Shown here: piece after piece, positions 40,430 through 49,314 of the stretch
Position numbering within the stretch: the first letter of the stretch is position 1
Layout: every line of letters starts with the position of its first letter
Assembly: GCA_046726215.1 (NCBI GenBank)
Contig: JBKPAA010000060.1
Coordinates: 4,520-68,519 of the forward strand
DNA from: Actinomycetota bacterium
GTDB taxonomy: Bacteria > Actinomycetota > Acidimicrobiia > Acidimicrobiales > VFJN01
Reading direction: 5' to 3'
Length of the DNA: 64,000 bases
The notes under the pieces: model-generated
The model's database searches: none
Seen by the model: the letters and a program-made list of their open reading frames with translations, nothing else
Told to the model about the DNA's origin: nothing
Translations under genes and position numbers: made by a program

Positions 40430-43261
40430 TCAGCCCAAGGCCCGAGGGAGCTCGGCGCGACCCGAGATGTCGAGCTTTCGGTAGACGTGGCCGAGATGGG
40501 TCTCGACGGTCTTGCGGGTCACGAAGAGGGCCTGTGCAATCTCCGGATTGCTCTGCCCATCGGCTGCGAGCTCGGCGACCCGCCGCTCGGACGCGGTCAG
40601 CAGCTGCACCCCGCCCCGCTCCTGTCCACGAGCCCGGCCACCGGCGGCGTGCAGCTCGGTGCCGGCGCGGTCCACGAGCGCGTGGGCGCCACACCGCTGA
40701 GCGAGCGCGAGCGCCTGGTGCAACGGACCGCGGGCCTCGGCACGGCGGTTGGTGCGTCGCAGCGCCGCGCCCAGGTCGGTGAGCGCCCGCGCCTGCTCGA
40801 GCCGGGCGGGCGACCGCTCGAGCACCTCTGCGGCCTCGCGAAGCCGACCGATGGACGCCGGCCCGCCCTCCAGCAGCGCCACGGCGCGGAGTGCCACCCC
40901 GATTCCACTTGCCGCCCCCCAAAGCCTGGCCCGCTCGAGGTCGTCGAGCGCCATCCGGAGCGCGGCGTCGGCGTCCCCCAACGCCGCGATTGCGAGCGAC
41001 GCCCGCGAGCGCCAGCGCGAGGCAAGCGGGTTCGCGCCTCCCCACAGCTCGTCGCGTCGACCGAACTCGAGCACGTCGTCGAGACCCTGGCGCGTGTTGC
41101 CCTGCGCGATGCGCAACAGCCCCCGCGCCTCGAGCAGGTCGTCGATCGCCAGTCCGGGCGGGATCTCGTCGCCGAGCCCGCTGGCCCGCAACGCGTCCTC
41201 CGCAGCGTCGACCTCGCCTTCCTCGATGAAGGCCTCGACGACGAGGGCCAATGCAAACGCCGTCCCGATGTGGATGTCGTGGGCGGTAAGCAGCTCGAGC
41301 GCCGTTCGCCCGTCGGTCTCGGCGCCCGCCACATCGCCCCGCCGCAGGCACACCCACCCCCGGAACTCGGTGGCGAACGCCTGTGCCGGGATCGAGCCCC
41401 GGGCCCGGGCGTGGGTCAGGGCCTGCTCCAGGCACGCGTCGGCGACATCGAGGGCGTCGGTGGCGAGCAAGCCCACCACCAGCAGATAGAAGGGGCCTGC
41501 GACATCGACCTCCTGCTCGCTCACCAACCGTCCCCCCGCGAGCGCCCGTTCGAGATGCCCGGCGGCCTCGCGCGCCGACTCGCTCGCCCTCGCGCGTTCG
41601 AATGCCAGGCTCGCCAGCACCAAGCGCTCGGCGGGCGTCGCTCCCCCGAGGGCGGCGTACCGCTCGAGCCGCTTGGCCGCCGGCGCCCGCTTCTCGAGGC
41701 TGGCCTCCTGGGCGTGGGCCGCTAGCTCGGCCTCGAGCAGCAGGGCAAGCTCGCGATCCACTGGCTCGACGACCTCGACCACGGGCTCGATCGCTTCGAC
41801 CGCCCCGTCCGAGTCCCCTGCCATCGTCAGGGCGACGGCCAGCCAGCGAACCGTCGCCGCCAGCGGCACCGGGTCGCCGATCAGCTCGACCGCCGACGTC
41901 AGGTGGGCGATTGCCTCTGGCCTTGCCAGGCTGTATTCCACCGCACCGAGCTCGGCGAGCACCTCGGCCCGAGATGCCGGCGGCGGAGGCTCCGCCAGCG
42001 CCCGGCCGAGCAAAGCGGCCGCCGCCGCCGGCGCCCCGCGGCGGACCGCGTCCGCGGCAACCCGGCGCAGCAGCTCCACACGCGCCGGGTCGCCGATGGG
42101 ATCCGCCTCGGCGATCTGGGCCGCCATCCGTTCCTCCGAGGCGCCCTTCTCGGCGAGGATGCCGGCGGCTCGTGCGTGCGCCTGGGCGCGTTCGCGGGGG
42201 GCGATGTCCGCGTACACGGCCTCCCGCACGACCGGGTGCACGAACTCGAGGCGCTCGCCCGGCTCGAGGATGGCGAGCGCGACCAGGCGGTCGGCGGCCT
42301 CGGCCGCCACCTCGTCCCCGAGCTCGGCGAGGGCGGTCGCCTCGGCCAGGCTGGCGCCGTCACCGAGCACCGCGGCGGCCCGTACCAGGGCGCCCGCCGC
42401 CGCAGGGCCGCTCGACAGGCGCAGCAACACCGCCTGGGCGACGGCCGCAGGCCCGATGCGCAGCACGCGCACCGCATCGCGTGCGGCGGTGGACAGGCCC
42501 TGTTCACTGATCTCGCGCAGCAACGCCTCGAGGAAGAAGGGGTTGCCGCCCGTGGCCTCGCTGCATGCCGAGGCAAAGTCACGGCCGACCTCCCGCCCCA
42601 GCCGGTGCTCGCACAGCGTGGCCGCAGCCTCGACGCTCAGCGGCTGTGGCCGAAGCACGGTCGTCTCGGGACCCGCGGCCAGCCGAGCCACGTCCGTCGT
42701 GACGGAACCACCGCTGCGCGTGGAGGCGAGAACGACGAGGGCAAGGCCGTCCAGGCGGGGGGCGAGGTAGTTCAGGAAGCGGAGGGACTCCGGATCGGAC
42801 CAGTGGAGGTCGTCCACCGAGAGGGCCACGGGCCGCTCGTCGGCGAGGTTGGCGAGCAGCCAGTAGAGGCCATGCAGCATGGCGAAGGACCCGTCTGCGG
42901 ACGAGACGGGATGCGGGGCTCTAGTCGGGGCCAGGAGGGGCCTTGACAGGGCCGCTGCGCCCTCGAACAGACGGGCTTGCTCGGCGTCCACCATTTTGGC
43001 GAGGGCGGGCTCGAGGAGCTGCCGCACGCAGCCGTAGGCGAAGTCCCGCTCGAGCTCGCTGGCCCGTGCTCGCAGGCAGGTGAAGCCCGCCTCGCCGGCC
43101 GTCTGAACGGCCGCCCTGAGGAGGCTGGTCTTGCCGAGACCGGCGGGGGCCTCCACGAGCACGATCCGGCCCCGGCCGCCTCGCGCCGCCGTCACTGCGT
43201 CCGAGAGCTCGCCGAGCTCGCGTTCACGCTCCAGAAGTCTCGCCGCAGCCTCGATCACCAC
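40430..43261 (-). CDS. LAL-type regulator (N-terminal AAA ATPase, helical repeats, C-terminal LuxR HTH)
   Basis: Walker A is VEAPAGLGKTSLL, with DDLHWSD downstream. The C-terminal HTH is LTASERRVAELAADGQSNPEIAQALFVTRKTVETHLGHVYRKL. The start is taken at GTG 43261; the ORF is open to 43345. Confidence 0.88.
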   Translation of the reverse strand: MVIEAAARLLERERELGELSDAVTAARGGRGRIVLVEAPAGLGKTSLLRAAVQTAGEAGFTCLRARASELERDFAYGCVRQLLEPALAKMVDAEQARLFEGAAALSRPLLAPTRAPHPVSSADGSFAMLHGLYWLLANLADERPVALSVDDLHWSDPESLRFLNYLAPRLDGLALVVLASTRSGGSVTTDVARLAAGPETTVLRPQPLSVEAAATLCEHRLGREVGRDFASACSEATGGNPFFLEALLREISEQGLSTAARDAVRVLRIGPAAVAQAVLLRLSSGPAAAGALVRAAAVLGDGASLAEATALAELGDEVAAEAADRLVALAILEPGERLEFVHPVVREAVYADIAPRERAQAHARAAGILAEKGASEERMAAQIAEADPIGDPARVELLRRVAADAVRRGAPAAAAALLGRALAEPPPPASRAEVLAELGAVEYSLARPEAIAHLTSAVELIGDPVPLAATVRWLAVALTMAGDSDGAVEAIEPVVEVVEPVDRELALLLEAELAAHAQEASLEKRAPAAKRLERYAALGGATPAERLVLASLAFERARASESAREAAGHLERALAGGRLVSEQEVDVAGPFYLLVVGLLATDALDVADACLEQALTHARARGSIPAQAFATEFRGWVCLRRGDVAGAETDGRTALELLTAHDIHIGTAFALALVVEAFIEEGEVDAAEDALRASGLGDEIPPGLAIDDLLEARGLLRIAQGNTRQGLDDVLEFGRRDELWGGANPLASRWRSRASLAIAALGDADAALRMALDDLERARLWGAASGIGVALRAVALLEGGPASIGRLREAAEVLERSPARLEQARALTDLGAALRRTNRRAEARGPLHQALALAQRCGAHALVDRAGTELHAAGGRARGQERGGVQLLTASERRVAELAADGQSNPEIAQALFVTRKTVETHLGHVYRKLDISGRAELPRALG

Positions 43262-43314
43262 AGTTTGCCCTCGAAGGCGCCTGCCCGCCCCGCCGTCTGT
43301 CGCTACGGTCTCGC

Positions 43315-44277
43315 GTGATGAGCGGCAAGCGCGGCGACGAATCACGAGACGGTGTGTCGTTGACCAACCTCGATCAACCGCTGTTCGACGGCGCCGAGGC
43401 GACCAAGCGGGACCTGGTCGACTACCTGGACGGGGTTCACGACCGGATCATCCCGGTGCTGCGGGACCGGCCACTGTCGGTCATCCGGGTCCATCGCGGT
43501 CAGGAGGCGTTCATGCAGAAGAACGTCCCGAAGTACACGCCGTCGTGGGTGCCCACGGTGCGGATGTGGGCGGAGGCTTCGAAGCGGGAGGTGTCCTACG
43601 CGCTGTGCAACGACCGGCGCACGCTGTTGTGGTTCGCCAACCAGCGGGCGGTGGAGTACCACCCGACCCTGGCCCGCGCCGACCGCGTCGACCGCATGAC
43701 CCATCTCGTCCTCGACCTCGATCCCCCCGAGGGCGACGGCTTCGGGATGGCGGTCCGGGTGGCCCACCTGGTGCGCCAGGCGCTGGCCGATACCGGGCTG
43801 GAGGGCGCCGTCAAGACCAGCGGGGCCAAGGGTGTGCACGTGTTCGTCCCGATCGACGACCAGGCGCCACCGGAGGATGCCGCCGCCGCCACCCGGGCCA
43901 TCGCTGCGCGCGCGGAGCGCCTCGATCCCGAGATCGCGACGACGGCGTTCATGAAGGAGGACCGCGGCGGGAAGGTGTTCGTCGACTCGACGCGGGTCGG
44001 CGGGGCCACCGTGATCGCGGCCTACAGCCCCCGGGTGCGACCTGGCGTGAGGGTGTCCTTCCCGGTGGCGTGGGACGATCTCGATGACGTCGCGCCGGCC
44101 GACTTCACCGTGCACACGGCGCTCGGGCACCTCGGCGACGACGACCCCTGGGTGGCCCAGATGCCCAGGGCGCAGCGGCTCGGCTCGGACCTCATCGAGG
44201 AAGGCCACGCCATCCCGGTCGCCCGCGTGCAGGCCATGCACGAGGGCAAACGACGCCGACGCGCGCAGCGGGGCTAG
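43315..44277 (+). CDS. Stand-alone LigD-type primase-polymerase (PolDom) protein
   Basis: The blocks LTNLDQPLF...TKRDLVDYL, FMQKNVP, LVLDLDP and KTSGAKGVHVFVPI match the NHEJ polymerase domain. There is no ligase or nuclease module. Confidence 0.88.
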   Translation: MMSGKRGDESRDGVSLTNLDQPLFDGAEATKRDLVDYLDGVHDRIIPVLRDRPLSVIRVHRGQEAFMQKNVPKYTPSWVPTVRMWAEASKREVSYALCNDRRTLLWFANQRAVEYHPTLARADRVDRMTHLVLDLDPPEGDGFGMAVRVAHLVRQALADTGLEGAVKTSGAKGVHVFVPIDDQAPPEDAAAATRAIAARAERLDPEIATTAFMKEDRGGKVFVDSTRVGGATVIAAYSPRVRPGVRVSFPVAWDDLDDVAPADFTVHTALGHLGDDDPWVAQMPRAQRLGSDLIEEGHAIPVARVQAMHEGKRRRRAQRG

Positions 44278-44293
44278 CGCCGTCGGCGGGCGG

Positions 44294-45037
44294 TCATGAG
44301 GCGAAGTCGGGCCTGGCCGCCCTCGCCGATTCGCTGCGACCCTTGGGTTCCTCCCAATCCTCCTGTCGGCCGAGGGCGGTGAGGTCCAGGAAGTAGTAGG
44401 ACCCCCCGGTGGATTCGAGGCCGCGGGCGTACTGCGAGTACGTGTGGAACACGCGGCCGTCGACCTGGAGGAAGCAACTGCGGCCGGGCATCTCGAAGGG
44501 TTGGTCGCCGGCGAAGAAGTTCGACCCCATGGCTTCGAACTCCGCCTTGGTGCGGAAGTTGTACTGGGCGGGGCCAACCGATTCGTCGATGGTGACCCCG
44601 AAGTCGTAGTTGAAGTCGGTCCCGTACGACGAGTACCAGGGGATGTCCCAGCCCCTCTTCTCCTTCCACCGCTCGAGCTTTGCCAGCGGGGCCCGCGACA
44701 CCATGGCGTAGCTCGTGTCGCGGGTGTGGAGATGCTCGAGGAAGCCCGGGGACACCTCGTCGGTCCCGGCGGTGCAGCTGGGGCAGCCCTCCTCCCACTC
44801 CGGATCGAACATGAAGTGGTAGATGATCAGCTGCGCCCGGCCCTCGAACATGTCGATCAGGCGCGCCTCGCCGTCGGGGCCCTCGAACACGTAGTCCTTG
44901 TCGATCTCGACCATGGGCAGGTTGCGCCGCTCGGCGCTCAGCGCGTCCCGCCGCCGGGTGAGGTCCTTCTCGTTGGCGAGCAGGTCGGTGCGGGCGGCCA
45001 GCCATTCCTCTCGCGTGGCGATCTTGGGAAGACTCAT
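44294..45037 (-). CDS. DUF899 (thioredoxin-like) family protein
   Basis: The blocks REEWLAARTDLLANEKDLTRRRDALSAERRNLPMVEIDKDYVFEGPDG and YHFMFDPEWEEGCPSC are present. The AGGAGAG RBS precedes ATG 45037. Confidence 0.88.
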   Translation of the reverse strand: MSLPKIATREEWLAARTDLLANEKDLTRRRDALSAERRNLPMVEIDKDYVFEGPDGEARLIDMFEGRAQLIIYHFMFDPEWEEGCPSCTAGTDEVSPGFLEHLHTRDTSYAMVSRAPLAKLERWKEKRGWDIPWYSSYGTDFNYDFGVTIDESVGPAQYNFRTKAEFEAMGSNFFAGDQPFEMPGRSCFLQVDGRVFHTYSQYARGLESTGGSYYFLDLTALGRQEDWEEPKGRSESARAARPDFAS

Positions 45038-45191
45038 CGCGCTCTCCTGACGTTGGCGGGCGTGGCGTGGGCCGGCATATCTCGGGCCTCCACATGACAA
45101 GACGGGACGGCGTGGTCAAAGTCATCGACGAAGCGACTCGGCCTCCCCCGCCGTCGTTGAAGAAAATGCGGGGTTATAGCCCCGAAGATCT

Positions 45192-45842
45192 TCAAAGACC
45201 GGTGAGGGCCCGCTTGTTGCCCGGCCCGAGCCGGCGGATCGCCGCGACGTCGCCCTCGACGCGCAGCCCGCGCCGCTGGGCCTCGCCGAGGTCGACCAGG
45301 CCGCGAAGAACCGCGATCACGACCCCGGGCGGCCCGGTCAGTACCGCGTCGGGCCGGTCGGCGACCCCGGGGCGGGCGCAAACCGCCCCGTCGCGGGTCT
45401 CGACGATCATGGGCTGGTCGCCCGTCCGGATCTGGATCGTGACCGGAGGGCCGTCCGGCTCGTTGTCCCCGAGACGGCCGAGCGGGAACGCCAGCCAGTA
45501 GCCGCGGAATGCGTCACCACCTTGTGGCCGGGCCATCAGCTCGGCTCCCCAGGTTCCGAGGGCCTTGAGGACCGACCCCAGCTCCGCTCCCCGAGGCGTC
45601 AGCTCGTACAGCGTCGTCGCGATCGGCGGAGGCGCATGGACGCGGCGGACGACGCCGGCCTCTTCGAGGTCGCGCAGGCGATCGGCCAGCAGGTTGGTGG
45701 CGATGCCGGGCAGCCCGTTACGAAGGTCCGTGTACCGGCACGGACCGAGCAGGAGCAGCTCGCGGACGATCAGCAAGGCCCAGCGGTCACCCACGACGTC
45801 CAGGGCCCTCGCCACCGCGCAGTACTGACCGTACGAACGCAT
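45192..45842 (-). CDS. HxlR-type wHTH regulator with a C-terminal SCP2-like extension
   Basis: The wHTH core is YCAVARALDVVGDRWALLIVRELLLLGPCRYTDLRNGLPGIATNLLADRLRDLEEAGVV. Confidence 0.85.
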   Translation of the reverse strand: MRSYGQYCAVARALDVVGDRWALLIVRELLLLGPCRYTDLRNGLPGIATNLLADRLRDLEEAGVVRRVHAPPPIATTLYELTPRGAELGSVLKALGTWGAELMARPQGGDAFRGYWLAFPLGRLGDNEPDGPPVTIQIRTGDQPMIVETRDGAVCARPGVADRPDAVLTGPPGVVIAVLRGLVDLGEAQRRGLRVEGDVAAIRRLGPGNKRALTGL

Positions 45843-45878
45843 GGAACGAATGTACCCCCTCACACTGAAAAATCACAA

Positions 45879-45919
45879 GCACACGATTGACTATTTCAAG
45901 TCATCGCTTTAGCGTGTGC
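45879..45919. promoter_or_regulatory. Inverted repeat GCACACG-N27-CGTGTGC with inner TGACT/AGTCA, in the HxlR-MFS divergent region
   Basis: It lies in an AT-rich intergenic segment between divergent genes. It is a candidate operator or promoter region. Confidence 0.3.
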
Positions 45920-45952
45920 ATCGACGGTCCCCCCACCGGAGAGGAATCCACG

Positions 45953-47587
45953 ATGCGTCTCCGCGAAGACAACGTCGCGTCCGCGAGCCGCCAGTCTCAC
46001 CCGCCGGCGATCGCGGCCCCAGCGACCGACGACTCCGGCACGAGGCCGCACAAGGGGTGGATCCTCTTCTCGCTGTGCCTGGCGGCGCTGATCATCAACA
46101 TCGACGTGACCATCGTGAACGTCACGCTTCCCACCCTGGTGCGGGAGTTGGACGCGACCACGACCGACCTCCAGTGGGTCGTCGACGCCTACAGCCTCGT
46201 CTTCGCAGCCCTGATCCTCGCCGCGGGCAGCCTCAGCGACCGTGTCGGCCGCAAGGGGATCCTGCTGGCCGGGCTGGGCGTCTTCGCGGCTGGGACGCTC
46301 GCCGGTTCGTTCGCAACGAACCCCACCCAGCTCATCGCCGCGCGCGCGGTGATGGGGGTCGGCGCCGCCGGGATCTTCCCCTCCACCCTGTCGTTGATCG
46401 CCAATGTCTTCACGGAGCGCTCCGAGCGGGCCAAGGCGATCGGTCTGTGGGGGGCCACCACCGGCGTCGGCATCGCCGCGGGACCGATCGTCGGCGGCTG
46501 GCTGCTCGAAGAGTTCTGGTGGGGCAGCGTGTTCCTGTTCATGGTGCCGGTCGCATTGGTGATCGCCGGCTTCGTCGCCTCCACGGTCCCGACGTCCAGG
46601 GACCCCGAGGCCCCGCCGATCGACCGCCCCGGCCTGCTCCTGTCCACCGCGGGCATGGGGCTGCTCATCCTCGGCATCATCCAGGCCCCCAGCTGGGGTT
46701 GGGGCTCGGCAAGCACCCTGGCCACGATGGCGGCGGGGGTCCTGGTCCTCGCGGTCTTCGTCGGTGTGGAGCGCAGAACGGCCCGCCCGATGCTCGACAT
46801 CGCGCTGTTCAAGAACCCGCGGTTCACCGCCGCCAGCGGTTCCATTGCGATCGGCTTCTTCACGCTGGCCGGGTTCACGTTCCTGATCACCCAGTACTTC
46901 CAGTTCGTGAAGAGCTACTCGCCGTTGGGCACCGGGGTGCGCCTGCTGCCGGTGGCAACGTCGGTCGCCGTAGCTGCGATCATCGGCACCAAGCTGGCCG
47001 TGCGCGTCGGCAACAAGGTCATGGTCGCCAGCGGTCTCCTGCTGTTCGGCTCGACGTTGCTGTGGATCGCCGCCGTGGCCTCGGGGACCACCCCCTACGG
47101 CATCATCGCCATGCAGATGGTCCTCGGCGGTAGCGGTCTCGGGCTGATCAGCGCCCCGGCCACCGAGGCCATCATGGGCGCCGTCCCCGCGGCTAAGGCC
47201 GGCGTCGGCTCCGCCGTGAACGACGCCACCCGCTTGTTCGGCGCCACCCTCGGCGTCGCGGTGATCGGCAGCATCGCCGCGTCCCTTTACACGAGCCGAC
47301 TGGGCTCGACGTTGCCCGGCGCCATACCCGACAGCACCGGACAGGCCGCCGAGGGTTCCGTCGGCGGCGGCCTCGTCGCGGCGCGACAGCTGGTCGGTGC
47401 CGGGTTCGTCCGCGCCGGCGAGGCCCTGAACACAGCCGCAGTCGATGCCTTCCTCCACAGCCTCACCGGGGCACTGTGCGTCGCCGGCGGGATCGCGATC
47501 GCTGGATCCGTGATGGCCGCGGCGTTGCTGCCCTCGCGGCCCCGCCAGCCGACATCCGACGGGCGCGAGGTGGTCACCACCTCGTAG
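45953..47587 (+). CDS. MFS transporter, DHA2 (EmrB/QacA-like) family
   Basis: RBS GGAGAGGAA precedes ATG 45953. The blocks IDVTIVNVTLPTLVREL and LSDRVGRKGILLAG are present, with about 14 TM segments. The last codons (VVTTS*) lie inside repeat copy B. Confidence 0.9.
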   Translation: MRLREDNVASASRQSHPPAIAAPATDDSGTRPHKGWILFSLCLAALIINIDVTIVNVTLPTLVRELDATTTDLQWVVDAYSLVFAALILAAGSLSDRVGRKGILLAGLGVFAAGTLAGSFATNPTQLIAARAVMGVGAAGIFPSTLSLIANVFTERSERAKAIGLWGATTGVGIAAGPIVGGWLLEEFWWGSVFLFMVPVALVIAGFVASTVPTSRDPEAPPIDRPGLLLSTAGMGLLILGIIQAPSWGWGSASTLATMAAGVLVLAVFVGVERRTARPMLDIALFKNPRFTAASGSIAIGFFTLAGFTFLITQYFQFVKSYSPLGTGVRLLPVATSVAVAAIIGTKLAVRVGNKVMVASGLLLFGSTLLWIAAVASGTTPYGIIAMQMVLGGSGLGLISAPATEAIMGAVPAAKAGVGSAVNDATRLFGATLGVAVIGSIAASLYTSRLGSTLPGAIPDSTGQAAEGSVGGGLVAARQLVGAGFVRAGEALNTAAVDAFLHSLTGALCVAGGIAIAGSVMAAALLPSRPRQPTSDGREVVTTS

Positions 47588-47677
47588 CCGCGCTGGCCCG
47601 CAGCCGCGAACGCGCTTTCTGGCGCAGGCGTGGTTGGTGGGCAACCAATCTGGCGCCACAAACCCTGCGAGCCGGCT
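47563..47677 (+). repeat. Structured intergenic repeat, copy B (see 2151-2275)
   Basis: It has the same blocks as copy A. The hairpin at 47626-47662 has outer stem TTTCTGGCGC/GCGCCACAAA and inner stem TGGTTG/CAACCA. Confidence 0.75.
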
Positions 47678-47724
47678 CACCCCGTATCGTTCGGCGCGTC
47701 GCGCTGCTACAGGGAGATGGCACG

Positions 47725-48216
47725 ATGACCACCCCGTCGACGTCGTATCCCAGCCTGGAGCGGATCGCCCGGGAGGTGATCGACGCCAACAAATACATGA
47801 CGCTGGCGACCGCCGATGAGTCCGGTCGACCGTGGGCGTCGCCCGTGTACTACACGCCCGAGGGCCACGACGTCTTCTATTGGGCGTCGTCGCCCGATTC
47901 CGTGCATTCACGAAATTTGGCGCAACGCCCCGAGCTCAGCATCGTGATATTCGATTCCCAGGCGAGGATCGGCGCCGCCGAGGCCGTGTACATGGTCGCC
48001 CGCGCCGAGATCGTGCCGGACGACGAGCTCGAACGATGTGCCGAGCTCTACGGCTCGCGGTTCCCCGAGCTGCGGGCGTTCCGGCCCCAGGAGCTGCGGG
48101 CACCCTCGCTGCTGCGGTTGTACCGGGCGAGAGTCGCCGAACACTCCGTCCTCGTGCGTGGCAGCGATCCGGAGTTCGGCCAGGGCGTCGACACGCGCTT
48201 CGCCGTGAGCCTGTGA
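47725..48216 (+). CDS. Pyridoxamine 5'-phosphate oxidase family (FMN-binding split-barrel) protein
   Basis: RBS AGGGAG precedes ATG 47725. The block is YMTLATADESGRPWASPVYYTPEGHDVFYWASSPDSVHSRNL. Confidence 0.8.
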   Translation: MTTPSTSYPSLERIAREVIDANKYMTLATADESGRPWASPVYYTPEGHDVFYWASSPDSVHSRNLAQRPELSIVIFDSQARIGAAEAVYMVARAEIVPDDELERCAELYGSRFPELRAFRPQELRAPSLLRLYRARVAEHSVLVRGSDPEFGQGVDTRFAVSL

Positions 48217-48236
48217 CCGTATGCGTGACCTCGGCA

Positions 48237-48653
48237 TCAGTCGGCCGGGGGTGCGGTCGTCTGGCCGACCTCGATCAGGTGCCCATCGGGATCCCGGATG
48301 TAGCAACGGATCTCGCGGGCGAGGTCCTGGGGTGGCGTGATGAACTCGGCACCGCGCTCACGCCACTGCTCGTACACCGCGTGGATGTCGGCGACGCGTA
48401 TGTTCAGGAAGCTGCTGGCTCGGTGCGGCTCGGGCGGGGTCTCGAGGATCACGTCGGGCTTGTCGATGGTCGGCCCGCCGCCGGCGTTGATGATGACCCA
48501 CGAGTTGGCGAGCTGAACGATCGACGGTTCCCCCGTCATGACCGTCTCTCCGCCGAGCACGTCCGCGTAGAAAGCGCGGGAGCGCTCGACATCGTCGGAG
48601 ACGATGAAGTGGGTGAGCAGGATCCCTTCACTCGGCGTTGGTAGTTCGGCCAT
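48237..48653 (-). CDS. VOC (glyoxalase/bleomycin-resistance) family protein
   Basis: The blocks are LTHFIVSDDVERSRAFYADVLGGE and RCYIRDPDGHLIEVGQ. An RBS-like GGGAGAGGA precedes ATG 48653. Confidence 0.85.
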   Translation of the reverse strand: MAELPTPSEGILLTHFIVSDDVERSRAFYADVLGGETVMTGEPSIVQLANSWVIINAGGGPTIDKPDVILETPPEPHRASSFLNIRVADIHAVYEQWRERGAEFITPPQDLAREIRCYIRDPDGHLIEVGQTTAPPAD

Positions 48654-48799
48654 CGTGGTCCTCTCCCTCGGGCGTCCGCCGTGGCCAGCACACCGCGCCG
48701 GTTGTGCGACGATCAAGTTGGGTACCAGGCTCCGAGAACCTGCGGAGGGCGCGGCGGGAAGCTGGTCCATCGCGTGGCGCAACTGACCGTGGGGGGTCG

Positions 48800-49297
48800 A
48801 TGGAAGACGAATCCGGCAAGGAAGAGGAAACCGCCGCCGAACGCGCCAACCGCGAGCTGATCGAGCTGCTCAACGAGTTGCGCGTCGCGCTACCCGGCGT
48901 CCAGGTGCTCTTCGCGTTCCTGCTCACCGTTCCGTTCTCGCAGGGCTTCGACCAGCTGGACGCCGGCGATCGCCGCGTCTATTTCGCCGCCGTGCTTGCG
49001 ACCGTGGCGACGACCATTTGCCTCGTCGCTCCGACCGCCCATCATCGGCTGCGGTTCCGGTCCGGCATCAAGGAACAGCTGCTTCAGGTGGCCAACGTGT
49101 TCGCGATCGTCGGCCTGGTCCTCTTGGCGTTCGCCATGGCGGCGGTCACGTACGTCATCACCGAGGTGATCTACCCGGGCACCATCCCTCGGATCGTCAC
49201 CGCCGTGCTGGCCGGCACCTTCGGCGTCGTCTGGTTCGTGCTACCCATCTTCTATCGGCGGGTGAAGACACCCGAGCCGCGTCCGCCGGCCCACTGA
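48800..49297 (+). CDS. DUF6328-like membrane protein
   Basis: The block ETAAERANRELIELLNELRVALPGVQVLFAFLLTVPFSQGF is followed by 3 TM segments. Confidence 0.65.
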   Translation: MEDESGKEEETAAERANRELIELLNELRVALPGVQVLFAFLLTVPFSQGFDQLDAGDRRVYFAAVLATVATTICLVAPTAHHRLRFRSGIKEQLLQVANVFAIVGLVLLAFAMAAVTYVITEVIYPGTIPRIVTAVLAGTFGVVWFVLPIFYRRVKTPEPRPPAH

Positions 49298-49314
49298 AGC
49301 GCCCGCCGGTCAGG

